Sequence record: OP352608
Length of the DNA stretch: 64,000 bases
Source: Escherichia phage vB_EcoM_SP13
Strand: one strand, 5' to 3'
Position 1 is the stretch's first letter. Every line of letters begins with the position of its first letter. Positions 1 to 5,653 of this stretch are shown piece by piece. The notes under the pieces are model-generated. The model was given only the letters and a program-made list of their open reading frames with translations, was not told the DNA's origin and did no database searches. Position numbers and translations under genes: made by a program.

Positions 1-131
1 ATTTTAAAAACATTTATATTAATTTTTTTCATATCCTCATACTTATGTTAATTTATATATTTAACGTATCATCCGTAAGATATAAGTAAAAACAAAGACT
101 TGCGGCAATACGGATGATACGTCATGATACG
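1..131. repeat. AT-rich tract (1-60) followed by a perfect 14-bp inverted repeat ACGTATCATCCGTA, built from the same ATCCGTATC unit as the iteron locus near 16.1 kb
   Basis: Read directly: 64-77 acgtatcatccgta and 109-122 tacggatgatacgt (exact reverse complement); 1-60 is strongly A+T rich. Confidence 0.6.
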
Positions 132-360
132 CTTCAACCAGCCAGCAGCGGCTAAGTCGTTGATTTGCATAACAAGCGGCAAAAGGGATGGATTTCTTTT
201 ATACGTATCAAACAGTACACCACGCACCACGGTCCGTTATCCATTCAGCAATATGATTTGTGTACGTTTATAGCCATAATGAACATCAATCTGCACTTGA
301 ATATAATGTCCATCCATTGTATAATTCACACTATTAATTTGCACTATGGGATTTTGCACT

Positions 361-834
361 ATGAGTCAAGATTATGTAGCGATGCCTGAAGACTTTGAAG
401 ACCCGCGATTCGCAGAGCACAATCAGGCTTTATTCGATGAGTTCATTGACCTTGTTATTCAGGGTCATGACATGCGCGCAGCTTTTGCACTAGTATTTGG
501 AATGGAAGTTGCAACGGATAACTACACTGGCCAGCGAATCCTTTGCACGCAACGCAATCCATACTACAAGATGCGCTTCAAAAAGCGTATGGAAGAGATG
601 CCACTCAAGGATTTGTGGAGCGTAAAAGGTGCAATTCACAATTTGGTTAAGCTTGTTCGTGATCCAGAAGTCGCGGCGTCAGCCAAGCTTAATGCTATTC
701 GTGAACTGAATATCATCTACGGCATCACGATGATTGATGAAAACGGCAATAGTAAAATGGGCCGTTCCATGGACGATTTCTACAAGGATTTTGGAGAGGC
801 GGCCAAAGAAGGTGAGCAATTCTCCCGCCACTAG
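361..834 (+). CDS. hypothetical protein (about 158 aa)
   Basis: ORF 346..834 trimmed to the ATG at 361; an AATTTGCACTAT box ends on the start codon; no recognisable motif. Confidence 0.6.
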   Translation: MSQDYVAMPEDFEDPRFAEHNQALFDEFIDLVIQGHDMRAAFALVFGMEVATDNYTGQRILCTQRNPYYKMRFKKRMEEMPLKDLWSVKGAIHNLVKLVRDPEVAASAKLNAIRELNIIYGITMIDENGNSKMGRSMDDFYKDFGEAAKEGEQFSRH

Positions 835-948
835 CCAATTTGCACTATAAAACGGCCCTAGAACACATTTTCTCCAATTCTAGGGCCATCGGTAATACGA
901 CGGGGAAGGTTACAAACATAAACGCGTTAGAAAGTGTATTATTATAAG

Positions 949-1212
949 TCATCTTTTAGTCACCTTACGTAACAATTTACGACCTTCAACCGTCCAATCG
1001 AACGACTCCACCAGCAGATTCGCACTATAACCTAAGACGATGCGTCCCTTCTCGTTATCGACCCGCCAACAAGTCTCGAATAGCATTCGATTTGCACTAT
1101 TAACTATTGCCGCAACTCGCGTAGGATAAGCGCAATTTGAACTATGGTCGTAAAGGGATAAGGTGCGACCACTTCCGATGGACAACGTAGCGATGAGAAT
1201 GAGCGTATTCAT
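949..1212 (-). CDS. hypothetical small protein (coding status uncertain)
   Basis: 87-aa ORF with GGTGG RBS, but three AATTTGCACTAT-type boxes lie inside it on the opposite strand. Confidence 0.3.
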   Translation of the reverse strand: MNTLILIATLSIGSGRTLSLYDHSSNCAYPTRVAAIVNSANRMLFETCWRVDNEKGRIVLGYSANLLVESFDWTVEGRKLLRKVTKR

Positions 1213-1262
1213 AAGCCACCAATTTGCACTATGAAAAGCGACCCCGAAGGGCCGCCATTCGA

Positions 1263-1889
1263 TTAGATAATCTGGAAGGTATAGGATTTGTTGCCGAACT
1301 CAAAGTTCAAGCGCCCAGCTTCCTTAAGCTTCATGCGGAAGCGAATGTGCTTGCTATCCGGCAAGCCCAGCACGGCGAACGCTACGCGGACCGATTTGAA
1401 CTCGCCTACACCCTCGACCATAACGCCGTTACGGGTGAGACGCTTTTGCGCCACTTCCTTATTATCCCAACTTTTTGCAATACCTTCGCTATTCGAACGG
1501 CGATGGGAAGGAGTTCCATTTTGCACTACGCAATTTGCACTATCGTTTAGACCGCTCTTAACGAAGGCTTCATACTCTTCGTCGGTCATCGCGTCGAGTT
1601 CTTCCTGGGTCGGCTCGGCCTTTTTAACGACCGCACGCGCCTTATGCGTTTTTACATCGCTGGACACTTCCTCGCGCGACTTCGCTTCGGGGATGGGCGA
1701 TTCGTTGGACGGCTCATCGAGCGCGTTTAAGGACTCGATTAACGCGATTACGCGAGTCTCGGCGGTACGGCGGTCCGCAAATTTCTTAATCGGCTTCGAA
1801 CCGGAATTTGCATTATAAAATGCAACGAGGTCGGCGGTCTTAGTTGCGATAACGTCGCCGCTAGTCGAGAAACGATTTAAGCTAACCAT
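1263..1889 (-). CDS. hypothetical protein (208 aa)
   Basis: ORF with AGGAG RBS 7 nt before the ATG; GC-richer codon usage than most of the window; overlapping plus-strand ORFs judged less likely. Confidence 0.55.
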   Translation of the reverse strand: MVSLNRFSTSGDVIATKTADLVAFYNANSGSKPIKKFADRRTAETRVIALIESLNALDEPSNESPIPEAKSREEVSSDVKTHKARAVVKKAEPTQEELDAMTDEEYEAFVKSGLNDSANCVVQNGTPSHRRSNSEGIAKSWDNKEVAQKRLTRNGVMVEGVGEFKSVRVAFAVLGLPDSKHIRFRMKLKEAGRLNFEFGNKSYTFQII

Positions 1890-1969
1890 AATGAACTCCT
1901 ATTTGTTAGGGCGCTAGGCGCGAAAGAATTTTATTAAAGCGCCGCGCACGACGCTCTAAAAATCCTCTC

Positions 1970-2254
1970 TTACGCTTCGACGAGGGAGAAGGTCTCAAAT
2001 TCTTCTTCGCCCATAACGAGTAAGATGTTACCGATTTCGACCGCTTCGAAGAAGTATCCGTTAACGTTTACTTCGAAGGCTTCGCGGTCCGATTCCGGTA
2101 ACGCCGCGTAAAGTTTAAAAGCCTCGGCGACCGTTACCCCACCCGCCTCGATGGTCTGGTCTACGTTCGCGGCGTAGACTTCGGATAAAATTTGTTTTAC
2201 GCCGTAGTTCTCGACGATAGCGTTACGGATGGAAGAAACGTTAAGAATAGCCAT
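1970..2254 (-). CDS. small protein, paralog of the 2889..3179 product
   Basis: AGGAG RBS; shares VY-x-NVD-x-IE and VN-x-NG-F-x-E-IG segments with the 2889..3179 protein; preceded by promoter cassette copy A. Confidence 0.7.
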   Translation of the reverse strand: MAILNVSSIRNAIVENYGVKQILSEVYAANVDQTIEAGGVTVAEAFKLYAALPESDREAFEVNVNGYFFEAVEIGNILLVMGEEEFETFSLVEA

Positions 2255-2322
2255 TTTAAACTCCTAGTTGGGAGAGGCGTTAACGACCTATTCGCTAACT
2301 CATCCCGTCCCGATATGAGTAC

Positions 2323-2350
2323 ATTATAATATAGTGTAGAAAAAAGTAAA
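2323..2350 (-). promoter_or_regulatory. sigma70-like promoter (cassette copy A) for gene 1970..2254
   Basis: On minus strand: -35 TTTACT, 16-nt spacer, -10 TATAAT, then the conserved leader ATATCGGGACGGGATGAGTTAGCGAATAGGTCG shared with copies B and C. Confidence 0.55.
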
Positions 2351-2394
2351 GCACTTTTTCGATAAAAATGCGATAAATTATTTTATCTTTTTTC

Positions 2395-2422
2395 TTTACT
2401 TCTTCGTACACTCGCGTATACT
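2395..2422 (+). promoter_or_regulatory. sigma70-like promoter (cassette copy B) for gene 2479..2781
   Basis: -35 TTTACT (2395-2400), 16-nt spacer containing GTACACT, -10 TATACT (2417-2422), followed by TTGTTTATATCGAGACGGG. Confidence 0.55.
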
Positions 2423-2478
2423 TGTTTATATCGAGACGGGCGATGGCCCTTCCTTCTACTAGCATCGGGAGCTTTATT

Positions 2479-2781
2479 ATGACTACTTTAATCTCTTCCA
2501 TCCTTACTTACGACGAAGACCGTTTAACCGTTCGCTCTCTTATCGCCGCCGTTAACGCCGAACTAGAATCTAGCGCCATTAAGGTCCGCGCGGTTGCCTT
2601 CGTCGGTCTTTCCTTCGACGATATCAAGTACGCCGAACGTAGCGCCATCCGCTTCGCGAAGACCGACGACGAAGCCGTTACCCTTATCGAGACGGTTACT
2701 CCGCGCGGCGAAACGTTAATTATCGTCGAGTATATCGACGTAGAAGGCGATAAGGCTTATAAATATTTTATCGCAAAATAA
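2479..2781 (+). CDS. hypothetical small protein (100 aa)
   Basis: ORF 2422..2781 trimmed to ATG 2479 with GGGAG RBS; no recognisable motif. Confidence 0.65.
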   Translation: MTTLISSILTYDEDRLTVRSLIAAVNAELESSAIKVRAVAFVGLSFDDIKYAERSAIRFAKTDDEAVTLIETVTPRGETLIIVEYIDVEGDKAYKYFIAK

Positions 2782-2792
2782 CGAAAAAGTGC

Positions 2793-2821
2793 TTTACTTC
2801 TTAGTACACTAAGACTATAAT
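2793..2821 (+). promoter_or_regulatory. sigma70-like promoter (cassette copy C) with structured leader for gene 2889..3179
   Basis: -35 TTTACT (2793-2798), 17-nt spacer containing GTACACT, -10 TATAAT (2816-2821); leader 2837-2869 GGGATGAGGTAGCGAATAGGTCGCTACCCTCCC can form a stem-loop. Confidence 0.6.
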
Positions 2822-2888
2822 GTTTTATATCGAGAGGGGATGAGGTAGCGAATAGGTCGCTACCCTCCCGACTAACTAGGAGAATATT

Positions 2889-3179
2889 ATGATCACTTTA
2901 TCCGCTATCCGTGCCGCTCGCGTCGAAACTTCCGAAAACTCTAACGTATTTGGCGAAACCTTAGAGAGCGTTTATCTCTCTAACGTTGACGCGATTATCG
3001 AGTCTATTTATGAGCCGATCAACTTCCTCGACCTTTACAAGTATCGCGATGAGGACATCGTGTCCTACCGCGTAACGATTAACGGCTTCGTTTATACGAT
3101 TACCGAAATCGGCGGCGAATATCTCGCTGTACCGCAACTCGGCGGCGAAGTAACTTACTTTAAAATCGTAAGCCTTTAA
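2889..3179 (+). CDS. small protein, paralog of the 1970..2254 product
   Basis: AGGAGA RBS; paralogy visible in the translation. Confidence 0.75.
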   Translation: MITLSAIRAARVETSENSNVFGETLESVYLSNVDAIIESIYEPINFLDLYKYRDEDIVSYRVTINGFVYTITEIGGEYLAVPQLGGEVTYFKIVSL

Positions 3180-3190
3180 GGAGAAGAAAA

Positions 3191-3400
3191 ATGATTAATA
3201 TGAATAACTCTCTTAACGCGCGCGCCCATCGCACCGCCGTCATCGATATGTTCCGTGAGCTTAAGGACTTATGCGATAATATGAACGCGATGTTATCCAT
3301 CGGCGGCTGGGGATACGAAGAAGAAGTTAAATATGCGGTTATGCGTCGCCGTCGCGATAACGTCCTTGGGCAAATTAAACGCGCCGGATTATTCCTTTAA
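3191..3400 (+). CDS. hypothetical small protein (69 aa)
   Basis: AAGGAGAAG RBS; followed by a terminator. Confidence 0.65.
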   Translation: MINMNNSLNARAHRTAVIDMFRELKDLCDNMNAMLSIGGWGYEEEVKYAVMRRRRDNVLGQIKRAGLFL

Positions 3401-3426
3401 TTATAATCAACCACCGTTACTAATAG

Positions 3427-3451
3427 GCCGCGCTTAGTCGCGGCTTTTCTT
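3427..3451 (+). terminator. rho-independent terminator
   Basis: GCCGCG-cttagt-CGCGGC hairpin followed by TTTTCTT. Confidence 0.7.
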
Positions 3452-3570
3452 CGTCCCTATCTCGGTGCGCTCCTACGCGAAAACTCCTTTATCCTTCCCT
3501 TCGTCGTCGCATAATCTTCGTCGATATGCGCCTTAGTTCGCATAACAGGTATTACGTTAAATGGAGAACA

Positions 3571-3832
3571 TCGCGTAAGTCCTTGTTTTATATAGACACC
3601 TATATCGGACCGTTAGGGCGGGTCGCGTAAGTCGTTGTTTTATAAAGGCGCAAAACTTTCCCTTCGTTCCGAACTAAAACGAGGAATATGCCGACCCTTC
3701 GTCCGAAAATAGTACGCATGCGAAATTACATGCATCTAGAATAATCCCCACAGATATTATCCTACACGCAATCATTCGCTTTCGAATCATTATGCTTCAT
3801 ATTATTATGCGTCGAATCATTCGCTTTCGAAT
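3571..3832. repeat. Direct repeats in a roughly 700-bp non-coding stretch
   Basis: TCGCGTAAGTC(C/G)TTGTTTTATA at 3571-3592 and 3623-3644; AATCATTCGCTTTCGAAT at 3770-3787 and 3815-3832; no convincing ORF or tRNA cloverleaf found by eye. Confidence 0.5.
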
Positions 3833-3909
3833 TGTAACGCTGGAAACTGTAACGGCGATTGATTATTGCGTTCGTGTGGTTTTTATGGCATGGGTCTTTT
3901 TGGTGCGTT

Positions 3910-3938
3910 TTGCTACTTGATGGAATTTGCGGTACACT
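3910..3938 (+). promoter_or_regulatory. promoter-like element (-35 TTGCTA, 17 nt, -10 TACACT)
   Basis: Hexamers and spacing read directly; contains AATTTGCGGTACACT, related to the AATTTGCACTAT boxes; points into a minus-strand gene block. Confidence 0.35.
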
Positions 3939-4006
3939 AATCAAAATACGACACATTTAGTCTACTAACTTTTCAAAGAAAAAGTCCTGGACAGTACCGT
4001 ACTATT

Positions 4007-4035
4007 TTGTACCCACAGGAAATTTGCAGTACACT
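4007..4035 (+). promoter_or_regulatory. promoter-like element (-35 TTGTAC, 17 nt, -10 TACACT)
   Basis: Read directly; contains AATTTGCAGTACACT; followed by a short GC hairpin CCTGC-gcgcg-GCAGG at 4036-4050. Confidence 0.35.
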
Positions 4036-4115
4036 CCTGCGCGCGGCAGGCAAAATAAAGGGCCGCACCAAGCGACCCACGATTCACGATTCACGGTTAA
4101 AGCAACATCCACCCA

Positions 4116-4496
4116 CTATTCACTCTTATGGGCATCACCAAATCCATCAGCAATCTGGCTGATCAACGACTCAATGGACACAGTTTTACCAATTGATCGA
4201 GCGGTTATGGCGAGCATATTATCAATCAAACCATGATTGACACAATACTCTGGAGATTTAGAATCATCTTCAGAACAACCAAAAAGCTGGTCGCGCAGAC
4301 TTTCAAGAGAACGCTCAATATTTTCCAACTTCTCTTCTAAATCGGATTGGCGACGTAAAACCCATGTTAAGTCTCGGTTGCCGACTTCCAACCCATCAGA
4401 ATAGCAAGGTGGAGCGTCAATTTTGATGCTGGAACCAAAAGCAGTGCCGCTGCCTTTAGTATAAGTATGGCTCATAGAATCATTTTTATTTGACAT
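4116..4496 (-). CDS. hypothetical protein (about 126 aa)
   Basis: ORF 4116..4562 trimmed to the ATG with AAAGGT RBS. Confidence 0.55.
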   Translation of the reverse strand: MSNKNDSMSHTYTKGSGTAFGSSIKIDAPPCYSDGLEVGNRDLTWVLRRQSDLEEKLENIERSLESLRDQLFGCSEDDSKSPEYCVNHGLIDNMLAITARSIGKTVSIESLISQIADGFGDAHKSE

Positions 4497-4593
4497 ATCA
4501 TTACCTTTAATATTTGGGTGATTAACAATAACTATAATAAAGCCGCATAGCGCGGCATTCAAATCGATTTATTAATTGTGACGATTGGATTCA

Positions 4594-4788
4594 TCAATCG
4601 ATACCAACTGAGCCGATGTGCTGAAAGAACTCTGAATAAACTTCCTTCCAGTACTTACGCGCTGCTTTCTGGGCTTGTCCTTTGCGCTTGAAGCTTTTGC
4701 CTTGAAAGATGAAACGGTCGCTTGTCGCGCGATACTCCACCACACCTTCCAGCCATTGTAAGAATGCTACTGATTCATTTTTATTCAT
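4594..4788 (-). CDS. hypothetical small basic protein (64 aa)
   Basis: GAGGT RBS. Confidence 0.55.
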   Translation of the reverse strand: MNKNESVAFLQWLEGVVEYRATSDRFIFQGKSFKRKGQAQKAARKYWKEVYSEFFQHIGSVGID

Positions 4789-4795
4789 TTCAACC

Positions 4796-5194
4796 TCAAT
4801 ATTTTAATAAGAAAGCACCCAACCAACTTTCCTCAACCTCGCGGCCAGTAGCCACACGGTCGGTCTTGGCTATGGGTCTGGATTCGCCGCAGGGCAACCC
4901 GTCTTGTAGTTGTGTACTATTGCCAATTCTCACCAGAACCTTTCCATCAGGGTCGATATAAGCGCGACAACCCATGATTTCGAGTCGTTGTAGACACTGG
5001 CGAATCGTTTTCAGCTTCTCACCGGACCGGATAGAGCGCGGTCGCGACCGCTGACCGTTCTTATTTACTGTACGCTTGAAGACCGGAATATCATTGGTGC
5101 GTTGCGGCTTGGGTCGGTAGTAGGCTTCTTCGCCAGGAGTCGCACCTGGCGTCAATTCGCGCTTGAGCGCCTTTTCAATATCAATGATCATAAT
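4796..5194 (-). CDS. hypothetical basic protein, possibly nucleic-acid binding
   Basis: ORF trimmed to MIIDIEK start, which overlaps the stop of the upstream peptide gene (TAATG); Arg/Lys-rich centre. Confidence 0.5.
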   Translation of the reverse strand: MMIIDIEKALKRELTPGATPGEEAYYRPKPQRTNDIPVFKRTVNKNGQRSRPRSIRSGEKLKTIRQCLQRLEIMGCRAYIDPDGKVLVRIGNSTQLQDGLPCGESRPIAKTDRVATGREVEESWLGAFLLKY

Positions 5195-5292
5195 TATGCC
5201 GCAGCAGCGTGAATTATTGCGTAAACAATTCCTAACAGGGCGACAACGCAAACAGTGCCCCAAAATGCAAAGCGTCGTGCCTCTTTATCCAT
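5194..5292 (-). CDS. 32-aa single-pass membrane peptide
   Basis: MDKEARRFAFWGTVCVVALLGIVYAIIHAAAA; start overlaps the stop of gene 5285..5572 and stop overlaps the start of gene 4796..5194 (translational coupling). Confidence 0.4.
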   Translation of the reverse strand: MDKEARRFAFWGTVCVVALLGIVYAIIHAAAA

Positions 5293-5572
5293 TGTCCACC
5301 GCCCCAATATCCATGAAATTAAAAACCAATTTCGCCATTTCATCTTGTGAAATGACATTATAGTGCTTAGGCAAATCGCTTTCTGATAATACCTTCTGGG
5401 CTTCTTCTTTTGTCTCAAAGAGAGGGATGCACCAGTTTACTGCTTCACCAGATTCATTACTGTCTACTTGCTTTAAAAAGACCAAGCGGTTATCTTCAGG
5501 ATCAATGCCGCAGATGACGTATTTTGGCAATGCTTTTGCTTTTTGAGTCTTATCAATATCTTCAAATTTCAT
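5285..5572 (-). CDS. hypothetical protein (95 aa)
   Basis: ORF trimmed to MKFEDID with GAGGTG RBS. Confidence 0.6.
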   Translation of the reverse strand: MKFEDIDKTQKAKALPKYVICGIDPEDNRLVFLKQVDSNESGEAVNWCIPLFETKEEAQKVLSESDLPKHYNVISQDEMAKLVFNFMDIGAVDNG

Positions 5573-5653
5573 AATACACCTCACTTGTTAACGTATAATG
5601 AGTATAACTTAATAGCGCATAAAGTAAAGGCGCTTTTCAGCGCCTTGAGTGAA

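Larger units (their letters stand above)
336..1816 (+). promoter_or_regulatory. Family of ten same-orientation AATTTGCACTAT boxes (candidate phage promoter or operator sites)
   Basis: Copies at 336-347, 351-362, 837-848, 1018-1028 (ATTCGCACTAT), 1089-1100, 1134-1145 (AATTTGAACTAT), 1221-1232, 1518-1529, 1532-1543, 1805-1816 (AATTTGCATTAT); two tandem pairs spaced 14-15 bp; function inferred only. Confidence 0.5.

Noticed and set aside
346-834. The 158-aa product as a small terminase subunit
   Set aside because: The size is compatible, but the gene is 8.5 kb from the large terminase gene with minus-strand genes in between, and no DNA-binding motif was recognised
1224-1818. Plus-strand ORFs 1224..1550 and 1288..1818
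   Set aside because: They overlap the minus-strand ORF 1263..1889, which has a canonical AGGAG RBS; the plus-strand frames start at TTG or lack an RBS. Which strand codes here remains somewhat uncertain because the AATTTGCACTAT boxes also lie in this region
2295-2501. 68-aa minus-strand ORF between the divergent small genes
   Set aside because: It coincides with the back-to-back promoter cassettes A and B and has no RBS; more likely regulatory DNA
3452-4115. tRNA or other canonical RNA gene in the long non-coding gap
   Set aside because: I could not find a cloverleaf with a GTTCGAATC-type T-arm and matching acceptor stem by eye; a covariance-model scan would be needed to exclude it
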